Assembly (NCBI GenBank): GCA_029856145.1
Contig: JAHQWK010000019.1
Location: 32,001-96,000, forward strand
Source of the DNA: Promethearchaeia archaeon
GTDB lineage: Archaea; Asgardarchaeota; Lokiarchaeia; Sigyniarchaeales; SOKP01
Direction of reading: 5' to 3'
DNA length: 64,000 nt
Shown here: positions 28,301 to 38,592 of the stretch, in pieces
Layout of the letters: the number at the start of each line of letters is the position of its first letter
How positions within the stretch are numbered: the first letter of the stretch is position 1
The notes under the pieces: generated by a model
Database searches by the model: none
The model's input: only the letters and a program-made list of their open reading frames with translations
What the model was told of the DNA's origin: nothing
Made by a program: the position numbers and the translations under genes

Positions 28301-29463
28301 GGTGTTATTTTATAAGTTTAAATAGTGATCCTTTTTTATCAATCTCCAATTCTATAAAAAATTCCTCTATTGATGAGTGGCAAAAAGAAGGCAGAAAAGT
28401 AGTAGGTTTTTATTGCACATATATCCCAGAAGAACTGCTTCATGCTGCAGATTTATTACCTTTCAGAATCAGAGCAACTGGTAATAAAGATACTGATCTG
28501 GGCGATATATATATGGTTAGATTCACTTGCTCCTTTGTTAGAGCGACTTTAGACATGGCTCTAAAGGGAGTATACGATTTTCTAGACGGATTTTTAGTTT
28601 GTAATAGCTGTGATCACAGTCGTAGAATGTATGAACTGTTTGATCTTAAAGTATTTAATCGTGAAAACTTTCACAAGAAAGTTCATAGATTTTATTTGGC
28701 GATACCTCATGTTATAACTAACGAGGGATTTGAATGGTATAAAACAGAAATCGAAGAACTTAAAGAAGAGTTAGAGCTTAAATTTAACATAAAAGAGATA
28801 ACAAAGGAGAAATTAAAGAAAGCAATTGAAGTATATAATGAAAATAGAAGACTTCTGCGAGAGATACATGAATTAAGGATCCAAAATAATCCTAAACTTA
28901 CGGGTACTGAAGCGTTACAAATAAATATGGCAAATTCTTCAATTCCGAAAGATCTTGCTAATGAAGAATTAAAAAGACTTAAGAATATCCTAATTCAACG
29001 CGAAGGTATTCATATAAAAGATAAAAAACGGATTCTTTTAGTAGGTAGTGTTGTGGATAACATTGAATTTACAGAATTGATAGAAAATTCAGGAGCTTTT
29101 ATAGCTTCAGACATTTTATGTTTTGGAACTCGGAATTTCATGGATGATGTACAACTAGAAAATAATAAAAGCCCTATAGAAAACATCTCTAAACGTTTAT
29201 ATTATAGACTATCATGTCCACGGATGATGGATGATCATGAAAGGCGATTAGATTTTCTCAAAAAAGAGATTAAAAGAGCAAATATTGAGGGAGTCATTTT
29301 ACAAAGAATAAACAATTGCGATCTACATGGGTGCGATAATATGCTCTTTACGCATGAATTAAAGGATTTAGAAATCCCTGTTCTAAACATGGACAGAGAA
29401 TTCTATCAAGCAGATACATCTCGCTTACAAACACGAATAGAAGCATTCTTAGAAATGATATAA
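28297..29463 (+). CDS. 2-hydroxyacyl-CoA dehydratase subunit (HgdB/FldC-like)
   Basis: VGFYCTYIPEEL.HAA, CSFVR, NSCD..RR, CFGTR, SCPR, CDLHG, TRIEAFLEM; true start may be ATA 28312. Confidence 0.9.
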   Translation: MRCYFISLNSDPFLSISNSIKNSSIDEWQKEGRKVVGFYCTYIPEELLHAADLLPFRIRATGNKDTDLGDIYMVRFTCSFVRATLDMALKGVYDFLDGFLVCNSCDHSRRMYELFDLKVFNRENFHKKVHRFYLAIPHVITNEGFEWYKTEIEELKEELELKFNIKEITKEKLKKAIEVYNENRRLLREIHELRIQNNPKLTGTEALQINMANSSIPKDLANEELKRLKNILIQREGIHIKDKKRILLVGSVVDNIEFTELIENSGAFIASDILCFGTRNFMDDVQLENNKSPIENISKRLYYRLSCPRMMDDHERRLDFLKKEIKRANIEGVILQRINNCDLHGCDNMLFTHELKDLEIPVLNMDREFYQADTSRLQTRIEAFLEMI

Positions 29464-29490
29464 AATCAAAATATAATAGGTAATAGAATA

Positions 29491-30777
29491 GTGAATAAAC
29501 TAGAAATGCTAAATAGAATAATTCCATATAGAATGTTGTATGAAGCGGTTACATCTACTTATGGATTAGTTGAAGGCATACTCCCAGATAGTGGAATACC
29601 TTCATTAAGAATTGGATTAAAACATTTAAAATCAGTGATGGAAGAATATATCCAAAAAGCTAGAGAAGGATTACCTATAATTGGACACCATTTTTCTTTT
29701 CCTACAGAGTATCTTTCTTGTTTCGAATGTGTCCCCGTTTGCATTGAAGCTGTTTCATATTTATTAGCAGCATTGTTACCACACGGTTCCGAACCATATT
29801 ATGATTTAATCACTAATTGGGGTCATCCCTTTCATACATGTACCTCACAAAAAGGTACAATGGGAATGACTTTAGATGATTTATTTAAATTTGATGCTAT
29901 AATAACTCCAACAGCTCCGTGTGATAATACTTATGCATCATATCCGTTTTTCTCTTATTATAAAAAAATCCCACTGATCGCACCTGACTTACCTTTTTTG
30001 AAAGAGGAAAAGAGTTATCATTATCATGGTGAACAAATTCATCTGGGATTAGAAGCGTTAGGTAAAGTTATTAATCAAAAACCTAATTATAATAAATTAA
30101 GAAAATCAATTGAAATAGAAAACCAAGTTTCTAAGATACAATTGGAAATTTTCGATTTAAAAAAGGCAAAACCATGTCCAGTAGAGAATATGTTTAATGT
30201 AATGTCGGCTGCCGCATCAATTTACTTCTCTGGGCGTAATGAAAAATTAAGTTTTTATAATGATATGCTAGAAATTGCACAAAATCGGTATAAGAATAGT
30301 AAACATCATGCTGGAGAAGAAAAAATTAGGAGTATTTGGCCATATATGGTTATATTTTTTGATTTAGAACTTGGAGAATGGTTAGATCGCCATCTAGGAA
30401 TGTCCATTCTATTTGATATTTTTAATTATAATTTTGCTGAACCAATTAATACGAAATCAGATTTAGATACTATGCTTTATGGAATGGCAAAAAAATCAAT
30501 GGAAGCTCCTATGGTTAAGCAATCTGCAGAGTTTTACTATTCATTTATAGATGATTGTGTTCAATTTGCAAAAGATTATTCCGCTGATTGTTTTATCTTT
30601 ACATCACATATAGGTTGCAAGCAATTTGGAAGTGTTCCTCAGATTTTAAGAGAAGCTTTAAGAGATGAAGTTGGCATACCAATGCTCCTAATTGATGTGG
30701 ATGTAGGCGATGCCCGATTTGCTTCTGAGAAAATTATAAGAGAAAAAATTAAAATGTTTGCTCAAACTCTAATGTAA
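29491..30777 (+). CDS. 2-hydroxyacyl-CoA dehydratase subunit (HgdA/FldB-like)
   Basis: CTSQK, APCD, HIGCK, GIPML.ID.D..D. Confidence 0.85.
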   Translation: MNKLEMLNRIIPYRMLYEAVTSTYGLVEGILPDSGIPSLRIGLKHLKSVMEEYIQKAREGLPIIGHHFSFPTEYLSCFECVPVCIEAVSYLLAALLPHGSEPYYDLITNWGHPFHTCTSQKGTMGMTLDDLFKFDAIITPTAPCDNTYASYPFFSYYKKIPLIAPDLPFLKEEKSYHYHGEQIHLGLEALGKVINQKPNYNKLRKSIEIENQVSKIQLEIFDLKKAKPCPVENMFNVMSAAASIYFSGRNEKLSFYNDMLEIAQNRYKNSKHHAGEEKIRSIWPYMVIFFDLELGEWLDRHLGMSILFDIFNYNFAEPINTKSDLDTMLYGMAKKSMEAPMVKQSAEFYYSFIDDCVQFAKDYSADCFIFTSHIGCKQFGSVPQILREALRDEVGIPMLLIDVDVGDARFASEKIIREKIKMFAQTLM

Positions 30778-30894
30778 AATTTATTAAAATTTCTCTGTAA
30801 TTTTAAACTATTATACGAAAACGCTTTAATATCATTAAGTCAATATTTTTAAATATTATCTTATAATTAAAATACTTAAAAGGGCAAATTTAAA

Positions 30895-32370
30895 ATGAAT
30901 AATAGCAGTATTGTAGCAGAATTAGGAAAAATTGTTGGAGATCGATATGTATCTGAAGAACCAGAAATACAATTTTTATACCATTATGATTTTATAACCG
31001 CAGAACCAGAAGGCAAATGTGATATTGCTATAATGCCTGAAACTGCTGAAGAAGTCCAAGAAATTGTAAAAATTGCGAATAAATATAAGATTCCAATCGT
31101 TCCATGGGTTTCAGGGATTAATTTTGGCTCGATTGCTACACCTCGAAAAGGAGGTATTGTTGTAGATTTACGGCGCATGAATCGGGTGCTTGAAGTAAAT
31201 GAGGATGATATGTATGCTTTGATTGAAGGTGGGACAACATGGGCAGATTTCAAAGGATACCTAGATAAACATCATCCCAACTTTAGGGCAGGAGTAACTT
31301 TTTCCCCTCCTGGTACCGGTGTAATTCCCTCATGTTTATGTTATGGAATGTTTGATCTAGGGATGCTCGGAGGTACTGGAGCAGAATTCCTTAATGGATT
31401 AGAGGTAATTCTACCAACAGGGGAATTAATAAGAGCTGGCTCATGTAGCCTTACTGATTATTGGTACGGTAGACAGCCTTTACCAGATATTTCAGGATTA
31501 TTTATTGGATGGGAGGGCACAACTGGAATTGTAACAAAAGCAGCAATAAAAATATGGCCAAAACTCCCATATCGAACTGATTTTCTTCCTTTTGCAGCAA
31601 GAGTTGAAGATGGTGTTCCTATGTTGCTTAAATTATCAAAAGCTGGGTTAGGAATTGTAGACCTCTTAATGACAAATATGGGATGGGCTCAATCTCTTCA
31701 ATGTTTTGATCAGAAAAGTGTAGCAATAGACCCTGTATCACTTGGGCTACCTGATTTTATTGGCTTAATTACAACTGAAGCATATACAGAAGAACAGCAT
31801 AAAGCACAATGTGATGCTATAAAAAAGATATGTAGGGAGTATGGCATTGAACCCTTGACTGCTGATGTACAAGTAAGAAATTTTCCAAAAAGTATGAGGG
31901 GTGTATTGGGTCATATTTTTCCAATAACAGGAGGTCAAATGCCAATACAATTTTGGGGTTGTTGGAATTTTACTAGAGGTGGTGGAGGAGAATGGATTGG
32001 ATGTTATAATTCAACACGTAATATCATAAAATATTATGATCTATCAAGAGAGATTTGTCTTAAACATGGAAAATCACCTCAATACTATTGTAGAATTATG
32101 TTTGGGGGGCATTATTGTGTGACTAGGACAAATGTGAATTTCAATAAAAATGATCCAGAGGATATAAAAAAAACAAGGCAAATTCTAAAGGAAATTCATG
32201 ATGCTGTTCAAAAACTTGAAGGAACAATAATGTATAAACCTCCAAAATGGGTAGTTCAACACCATAAAGATAAAACCCTTCCAGAAACAAGGAATCTAAT
32301 TGAGAGAATAAAAAAATTTCTTGATCCAAATAATATTATGAATCCAGGACAGGGTATTGGAGATGATTAA
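30895..32370 (+). CDS. FAD-binding oxidoreductase (GlcD/D-lactate dehydrogenase family)
   Basis: P.TAEEVQ.IVK.AN, VDLRRMNRVLE, GLEVILPTGE, GWEGTTGIVTK, LDPNNIMNPG. Confidence 0.9.
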   Translation: MNNSSIVAELGKIVGDRYVSEEPEIQFLYHYDFITAEPEGKCDIAIMPETAEEVQEIVKIANKYKIPIVPWVSGINFGSIATPRKGGIVVDLRRMNRVLEVNEDDMYALIEGGTTWADFKGYLDKHHPNFRAGVTFSPPGTGVIPSCLCYGMFDLGMLGGTGAEFLNGLEVILPTGELIRAGSCSLTDYWYGRQPLPDISGLFIGWEGTTGIVTKAAIKIWPKLPYRTDFLPFAARVEDGVPMLLKLSKAGLGIVDLLMTNMGWAQSLQCFDQKSVAIDPVSLGLPDFIGLITTEAYTEEQHKAQCDAIKKICREYGIEPLTADVQVRNFPKSMRGVLGHIFPITGGQMPIQFWGCWNFTRGGGGEWIGCYNSTRNIIKYYDLSREICLKHGKSPQYYCRIMFGGHYCVTRTNVNFNKNDPEDIKKTRQILKEIHDAVQKLEGTIMYKPPKWVVQHHKDKTLPETRNLIERIKKFLDPNNIMNPGQGIGDD

Positions 32371-33622
32371 AATGGTGAAAGAAGAAAAAATAAAATTTGT
32401 AGATGGTAAAGGCATAACTCGTATTGAAACCGTCCCAGATCAACAAAAACTTGATAGACATAAAAATTTAGAATATTATAAAGACATCTTATATCAATGT
32501 GGAAAATGTGGTACATGCCGAACTGGATATCAGGAAGAGGGTTGGTTTCGAGTTTGTCCCTCTGGAGAATTTGGAAAGTTTGAGGCTTATTATTTAGGAG
32601 GAAAAAATCTCATTTCTTGGGGAATTACTTCGGGGCGTTTAGATTGGACAGAAAATTTAGCAAATATATTTTACCAATGTTCCGTTTGCTTAGCGTGTAT
32701 TCAGCAATGTCAAATCCCAGAGATTCATAATTATGCTGGCGAATGGCTAATGGCATTTAGAGAGGAAGCAGTTAAAAAAGGTTTTGGTCCAATGCCTGAA
32801 CAAAAAAAGTATACTGATCATATTAGTAAAGAACATAATCCCTATATGGAAAAGCATAAAGATAGAACAAACTGGATTACCTCGAACATTAAACAAAGCC
32901 CTAACGCAAAATTGATATATTTTGTCGGTTGCACTACGAGTTATCGAGAAAAAAGTGTAGCTATAGCTACAGCTGAAATATTAAATTCGTTACAAATTGA
33001 TTTTAGAATATTTAAGGATGAACAATGTTGTGGATCTCCTGTATATATGACTGGACAAACTGAAAAAGCAAAAAAAATTGCTGAGACTAATGTAGATTTC
33101 TTTAAAAATGAAGGAATTGAAAAAATAATAACATCTTGCGCTGGTTGTTATCGAACATTAAAAGAGACGTACCCTAAGAAATTTGGGCTTGACCATGGTA
33201 TTGAGATACTTCATTTACCTGAGTTTATTCAGGAAAAACTGAAAAATAATGAGATAAAATTCAATAACAATTTAAACATGAAAACAACATATCACGATCC
33301 TTGTCATATTGGTCGTCACATGGGAATCTATGAACCTCCTAGAGAAGTACTGAATAGTATTCCTGGTATTGAATTAATAGAAATGCCAAGAAATAAACAA
33401 AATGCTTGGTGTTGTGGTTCTGGAGGAGGTGTGAGGTCAGCATTTAAAGATTTATCGAGTTTTGCTGCGAATGAAAGAATTGAGGAAGCAAAAGAAACCA
33501 CTGCCGAAGCAATTGTATCCTGCTGCCCATTCTGTTTAAACCAATTCAAGACAAATATTAAAAATGATGAAATTAAAACATTCGATCTATCAGAATTAAT
33601 AAATAAAGCAATTAAGAGTTAA
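32357..33622 (+). CDS. Fe-S oxidoreductase (GlcF/HdrD-like, two CCG domains)
   Basis: CGKCGTC, CSVCLAC...C, FVGC, CCGSP, YHDPCH.GR, CCGSGGG, CPFC; start may be ATG 32372. Confidence 0.9.
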   Translation: MEMIKMVKEEKIKFVDGKGITRIETVPDQQKLDRHKNLEYYKDILYQCGKCGTCRTGYQEEGWFRVCPSGEFGKFEAYYLGGKNLISWGITSGRLDWTENLANIFYQCSVCLACIQQCQIPEIHNYAGEWLMAFREEAVKKGFGPMPEQKKYTDHISKEHNPYMEKHKDRTNWITSNIKQSPNAKLIYFVGCTTSYREKSVAIATAEILNSLQIDFRIFKDEQCCGSPVYMTGQTEKAKKIAETNVDFFKNEGIEKIITSCAGCYRTLKETYPKKFGLDHGIEILHLPEFIQEKLKNNEIKFNNNLNMKTTYHDPCHIGRHMGIYEPPREVLNSIPGIELIEMPRNKQNAWCCGSGGGVRSAFKDLSSFAANERIEEAKETTAEAIVSCCPFCLNQFKTNIKNDEIKTFDLSELINKAIKS

Positions 33623-33674
33623 ACCTATTAATCCTTTTTTTATATTATCTTTATAGAAATATAAATGCGATTAA

Positions 33675-34457
33675 ATGAAAATCGAATTACTAGAAGAAAT
33701 TCTTGATAATTTAAGGAATTATTTAAACTCTGAATCTCAAAAAGGGAAAAACATATTAATCTATGAAAAAAAACCTAATTCCTCTAAATTATTTAAAAAG
33801 TTAGATATCAAAGTTGAATTAGATAAACACAAAGAGATAATTCTTCAAGAAGAAACTAAGCTTGAACTGGGGGGTATCAACAAAAAGTCCTTTTCTTTAA
33901 TCTATCCCTTTTCTAATTTAGATTTTATTAAATATATAAACAACGAGAAGATTACTCTAATTGGACTTGAAAGCAAGGACATATCAGATTTATCAATCGA
34001 CTTTGGAATGATAATCCTAATTGGGGGAAACGCTATTACTGAAAAGGATTGGGATTCTTTTAGACAATATACTCTAATATCTAATGGAATAGAAGGATTC
34101 TTAATAAGAACAATTCCTAGGAAATTTTGGTGCAGAATTAGTGAGAAAATTATTAAGAATTTTACATTTGAATTTCTAGGAAATGCTATTTTTTACTTAT
34201 ATAAGCAACGGTTCAAAGATTTAATCGAATCAATGGAGATTTTTTTTGTTAATACTTATCCAAATGTAATTGATGATTTCATCAAAATCATATCTAAAAT
34301 TAATACTTATATAAATGAAAAATGGTTAAAGAAAATAGAAAACTGGAAAAAAAGGATTGATTGTGAATATGATTGGGGATGTGAGATATGTCCTTATCAA
34401 GAAGAATGTTATGAGATTAAACAAGTATTAGTTGAAAGAGAAAGAATTGAGAAGTAA
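33675..34457 (+). CDS. Stand-alone protein resembling part of the acetyl-CoA synthase beta subunit (CdhC-like), with Cys-rich tail
   Basis: ELGG....SF, ITLIG, EGF.IR......W.RIS, LGN; C-terminal C....GC..C.....C; followed by cooC. Confidence 0.55.
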   Translation: MKIELLEEILDNLRNYLNSESQKGKNILIYEKKPNSSKLFKKLDIKVELDKHKEIILQEETKLELGGINKKSFSLIYPFSNLDFIKYINNEKITLIGLESKDISDLSIDFGMIILIGGNAITEKDWDSFRQYTLISNGIEGFLIRTIPRKFWCRISEKIIKNFTFEFLGNAIFYLYKQRFKDLIESMEIFFVNTYPNVIDDFIKIISKINTYINEKWLKKIENWKKRIDCEYDWGCEICPYQEECYEIKQVLVERERIEK

Positions 34458-34478
34458 TGTTGTAGAATTTTAGATATT

Positions 34479-35276
34479 ATGAATGAAAAAAATCATTATG
34501 AAAAACCATTAACAATTTCGGTTGTCGGAAAGGGAGGTTCTGGTAAGACCATTATAACAACTCTCTTAGCGAAGAGTATTTCAAAAAAGCATAATTTTAA
34601 AATGCTTTTAATTGATGCGGATCCAACACACCCACATTTAAGTCATATGGTAAATTTAGTTCCAGAAAAAAGTCTTGAGAAATTAAGAACTGATGTTATA
34701 GATGAAATTTTAACAAAAGCAAAAGATTTCGAAAAAGTAGCAGAAAATATTGACTTTGAAGTATATAATGCTATCGCTGAAAGTAAGGCTTTTAGTCTAT
34801 TTTCTATAGGACAACCAGAGGGACCAGGGTGTTTTTGTCCTTCAAATACTCTTTTACGAAAGGTTATAGGATCGATTTCTAAGGATTTTGATATAGTACT
34901 AATTGATTGTGAAGCAGGGCTTGAACAAATCAATCGAATGGTAATAGAATCAGTAGATATTCTTTTAATTGTTTCAGATATCTCAATAAGGAGTATTGAA
35001 ACTGCTGCAGCAATACGAGAAAGTGCTAAAAAATTCACTAAATATAAAAAATTAGGTCTTATTCTAAATAGAGTTAAAGGAAATACTGATTATATTGAAA
35101 AAAAACTTAAAAAATTAAATCTACCTCTTTTGATGGAAATTCCAGAAGATGATGCTATAACTGAATTTGAGCTAGAGGGTAAACCAATAATAGATATTCC
35201 TGAAAGCTCAAAAAGTTACTTAAAGATTAAAAAGTTAGCAGAAAGGATTTTAAATCCTAAGTTTTTTGAGAATTAA
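34479..35276 (+). CDS. cooC: CooC-type nickel-insertion ATPase
   Basis: GKGGSGKT, IDADP, GPGCFCP, IDCEAGLEQ..R. Confidence 0.9.
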   Translation: MNEKNHYEKPLTISVVGKGGSGKTIITTLLAKSISKKHNFKMLLIDADPTHPHLSHMVNLVPEKSLEKLRTDVIDEILTKAKDFEKVAENIDFEVYNAIAESKAFSLFSIGQPEGPGCFCPSNTLLRKVIGSISKDFDIVLIDCEAGLEQINRMVIESVDILLIVSDISIRSIETAAAIRESAKKFTKYKKLGLILNRVKGNTDYIEKKLKKLNLPLLMEIPEDDAITEFELEGKPIIDIPESSKSYLKIKKLAERILNPKFFEN

Positions 35277-35310
35277 TATATTTTTTATCTTTTATCGTTT
35301 TAACAACAAT

Positions 35311-36096
35311 TTAAGATTGTTCTAAGAGAAATTTCATAACTATTTCATTAAATTCTTTAGGTTTCTCTACTGGAACAGCATGTCTCGCATCCTGAATTTC
35401 TATAAACTTAGCATTTGAGAGTAATGCTGTATATTCTTCTTTTACTGAAGAAGGTGCATAATCTTCGTCTGAACCAATTACCAGTGTTGGACATTTAATC
35501 TTATTGATTTGATCTCGAACGCTCCAACCAATTAATGCGCGCATGGCTGATAGATAAGCTTTTTTATCATTTTCTGCCCATCTTTCTACTAATTTTTCAC
35601 GTAGATCCTCTTGTTCAGGTTTTATGAATAATCTCGGGGCAAGAACTTTCCCCATTTTTTTCATTCCAACTAATTTTACTATAAATATACGTTTAAATGC
35701 TTCTAATTTCATTTTGAATGAATCCATTGGTATTTCAATCCCTGCATTTACAATCATTAAGCTTTTTACTAGATTAGGATAATCTAAGGCGAATTGAAAA
35801 GCAATACCTCCTCCTAAAGAGATCCCCAAAACATGAGTTGACTTAATTCCTAATTTTTTTAGTAATTCTGCAATATCTCCCGCAAACATTTGCATGCTAT
35901 ATGGACCTTTAGGTTTATCTGACTTTCCATGACCCCTAAGATCAATAGTGATAACTTGGTATTTTTGAGAAAAAACTGGAACTTGGAATTCCCAATCACG
36001 TGTACTTGATCCTAACCCATGGATAAGAAGTAAACTTTCACCCTCTCCAGTTACCTCATAATACATCTCAATTTCTTTAACCTTCTCCTTTGACAT
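35311..36096 (-). CDS. Alpha/beta hydrolase
   Basis: LIHGLGSS, DLRGHGKS, GISLGG nucleophile elbow, catalytic D and H; likely start ATG 36096. Confidence 0.9.
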   Translation of the reverse strand: MSKEKVKEIEMYYEVTGEGESLLLIHGLGSSTRDWEFQVPVFSQKYQVITIDLRGHGKSDKPKGPYSMQMFAGDIAELLKKLGIKSTHVLGISLGGGIAFQFALDYPNLVKSLMIVNAGIEIPMDSFKMKLEAFKRIFIVKLVGMKKMGKVLAPRLFIKPEQEDLREKLVERWAENDKKAYLSAMRALIGWSVRDQINKIKCPTLVIGSDEDYAPSSVKEEYTALLSNAKFIEIQDARHAVPVEKPKEFNEIVMKFLLEQS

Positions 36097-36150
36097 AATA
36101 ACACCACTCAATTTACTTTTAACTAATATTGATACAATCATATAATTTTT

Positions 36151-36182
36151 AAATTGTTCGAAAAGTGCACCTTAAATCTTTA
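36151..36182 (+). promoter_or_regulatory. Conserved 32-bp upstream element, copy 1
   Basis: AAATTGTTCGAAAAGTGCACCTTAAATCTTTA, 29/32 identical to 37878-37909; runs into a TATA-like TTTATAAT. Confidence 0.7.
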
Positions 36183-36234
36183 TAATCATATTGTTAAAAA
36201 TTATATTAAACCTTTAAAAAATATTTGATAAAAA

Positions 36235-37311
36235 ATGAATTCAAAAAAAGTGCTTTCTAAACATTATCTCCTTGTTATTCTATTCTTTTTTATGGTCTTA
36301 TCAAAAAGTAATATTGTCTCTGCCGATATAAATTTATATCCACAAAAGATCGGGCAATTCGACACGTTGTTTGCTTGGGATGTTGTTGTAATTGATGATG
36401 TAGCCTATATCGGGGGAACTGAAGAAGGGTTGCAAATTATTGATGTTTCTGACCCTCGCAATCCAACCGAGTTGGGGCACCTCGACCTCGGAGTAACTCA
36501 CAGTATCGATGTTCTTAATGAGGTTGCTTATTTAGCGAATTATTTTAGTGGTTTGCAAATAGTCAATGTATCAAATCCATTAAATCCTATTAAGATAAGT
36601 GATTTCTATGATGGAGGACATGTTTCTGATGTTTTCACTGTAGGAGATCTTGTCTATTTATTGAGTGGAGAGAATGGACTTGAAATTATTAACTGCAGCG
36701 ATATTAGACATCCAACTAAAATTGGTGAATATAATGATGGTGGATTACCTAACGGGTTTTTTATTAAAGGAGACTTAGCTTATATAGCAGAATACTATGC
36801 AGGTCTTAAAATAGTCAACATCTCAGATCCATTTAATCCTTCCAAAATCGGTGGATGGTTTAATGGTGAAGGTGCTTACAGTGTTAAGGTTATAGATAAT
36901 ATTGCTTACTTGTGTTATAGTTCAAACGGTTTAGAGATCTTGAATGTTAGTGATCCTAACCTTCCGACTACTTTAGGATCATTCAACAACGGAGGTATTG
37001 TATACTTTGGTTTCATTTTAGATGATATAGCTTTTCTATCAGATGATAATGATGGGCTTGAAATCGTTAATATAAGCGATCCTACTAATCCTTGGAAGAT
37101 GGGCGGATTTAATGACGGAGGGCACACAAGAAATTTATTTGTTGATAATGATTTAGTATTTTTAACTGACTTTGATGATGGTTTGGAAATCCTCATCCTT
37201 TCAAATGGGCTTTCTCCTCAGAATCCAAATTTAATAATCCCAGTTATTATCATTGTTATTATGACAGGTTTAGTAACAATCATCATTGTTAAATATAGAC
37301 ATAAAAAATAG
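36235..37311 (+). CDS. LVIVD-repeat beta-propeller surface protein
   Basis: Signal peptide, repeated AY.....GL.I.(N/D)(V/I)SDP..P..(I/L)G units, C-terminal TM with basic tail. Confidence 0.9.
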   Translation: MNSKKVLSKHYLLVILFFFMVLSKSNIVSADINLYPQKIGQFDTLFAWDVVVIDDVAYIGGTEEGLQIIDVSDPRNPTELGHLDLGVTHSIDVLNEVAYLANYFSGLQIVNVSNPLNPIKISDFYDGGHVSDVFTVGDLVYLLSGENGLEIINCSDIRHPTKIGEYNDGGLPNGFFIKGDLAYIAEYYAGLKIVNISDPFNPSKIGGWFNGEGAYSVKVIDNIAYLCYSSNGLEILNVSDPNLPTTLGSFNNGGIVYFGFILDDIAFLSDDNDGLEIVNISDPTNPWKMGGFNDGGHTRNLFVDNDLVFLTDFDDGLEILILSNGLSPQNPNLIIPVIIIVIMTGLVTIIIVKYRHKK

Positions 37312-37343
37312 AATCTTATAAAAACTATCTTTTAAATAGTATT

Positions 37344-37856
37344 ATGGTTGAGATTAGGAAATATCTATGGTTTTTTCCCTTTATTGGAGGGCTTATAGCA
37401 ATTATCTCCTTCTTAGCTCCAGCAGCATCATTTATTTATCAATCACCTTCCTATAATACTGAATTTTATCGTTGGATGTTAGATTTCTATTTTTCTCATG
37501 TTTATGAATTTGGTATTCATACTACTACGATGGGATTGAATACTAGTCTAACAGGTTATATCTCATTTACAATTTCATTTTTAATTATTGGTTTTAGCAT
37601 TTTCATTATAATAAGTGCTAATAAATATAGGAAAGGTATTTTAATCCATAAAATTAATTGGTTGATCTATGCTCTATTAACAGTGATTTTATCAATAATC
37701 TGGATGGTCATGAAGGAAATATCAACAATGATTTCTTTTAATCATAGTTTTTGGGGACTTTTAAGTCCAGGGTTTGGGATAATTGGACTATTTTTAGGTG
37801 CTGGTTTAGAAATTGTAGGATATATATTCTTGAAGAAAAGATTGAGAAAGGGATAA
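37344..37856 (+). CDS. Hypothetical 4-TM membrane protein
   Basis: Four hydrophobic segments; PGFG.IG.FLG motif. Confidence 0.75.
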   Translation: MVEIRKYLWFFPFIGGLIAIISFLAPAASFIYQSPSYNTEFYRWMLDFYFSHVYEFGIHTTTMGLNTSLTGYISFTISFLIIGFSIFIIISANKYRKGILIHKINWLIYALLTVILSIIWMVMKEISTMISFNHSFWGLLSPGFGIIGLFLGAGLEIVGYIFLKKRLRKG

Positions 37857-37877
37857 GCAATCTTTATTATAGCCTTG

Positions 37878-37909
37878 AAATTGTTCCATAAGTGCACCTT
37901 AAACCTTTA
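37878..37909 (+). promoter_or_regulatory. Conserved 32-bp upstream element, copy 2
   Basis: AAATTGTTCCATAAGTGCACCTTAAACCTTTA, runs into a TATA-like TTTAAAAA upstream of 37966. Confidence 0.7.
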
Positions 37910-37965
37910 AAAATAGAATTTTTTCTTATTCAATAAATAGAATTAAAAATTTAAAGTGAAAAAGA

Positions 37966-38559
37966 ATGAAAATTAATAATGATAAGATTAAAGGTAAAGT
38001 AAGTTCAATTTCTACAAGCATTTCTTCTTTTTTAATTCCAATTTTTCAATATGTACCGTGTACTGCAGTTTGGATGGGGATAATGAGTGTTCCATTCTTT
38101 GCTTATTTATCTTTATATTTTCAAAATCCTGGAATTTTTATATACGATCTCAATTTCTTATTTAGAACTCATGAAATCTATATAGTGTTATTTGGACTCA
38201 CGCTCTTTATTTTTTCTCTAATATATCAATTGACTCATAGAAAACAATTAATCCGAACAGGACCATATAAATACTTAAGACATCCTCAATATATTGCCTT
38301 TATTATTATGACTTTTGGTATGACTTTAATAGCTTTTCAGACAAGTCCTATTTTCAATTTTAACTTAGGTTATCTCAATGGTTATACGGTATTACTATAT
38401 ATATGGATTGGTGAAGTATTAGCATATATTGTTTTAGCTAAGATTGAAGAAATTGCCTTAAAAGCTAAATATGGAGATAAGTTCTTGGAATATGCTAATG
38501 ATGTAGCTTTTATGATTCCATTCTTAAAATTAAAAAGAAATAAAACAGAAAATGCATAA
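37966..38559 (+). CDS. Isoprenylcysteine carboxyl methyltransferase / PEMT family membrane protein
   Basis: LIRTGPYKYLRHPQY, EE..L...YG..F.EY. Confidence 0.85.
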   Translation: MKINNDKIKGKVSSISTSISSFLIPIFQYVPCTAVWMGIMSVPFFAYLSLYFQNPGIFIYDLNFLFRTHEIYIVLFGLTLFIFSLIYQLTHRKQLIRTGPYKYLRHPQYIAFIIMTFGMTLIAFQTSPIFNFNLGYLNGYTVLLYIWIGEVLAYIVLAKIEEIALKAKYGDKFLEYANDVAFMIPFLKLKRNKTENA

Positions 38560-38592
38560 ATCATATTAGTTATAAAAAGAGTAAAAAGTGAT

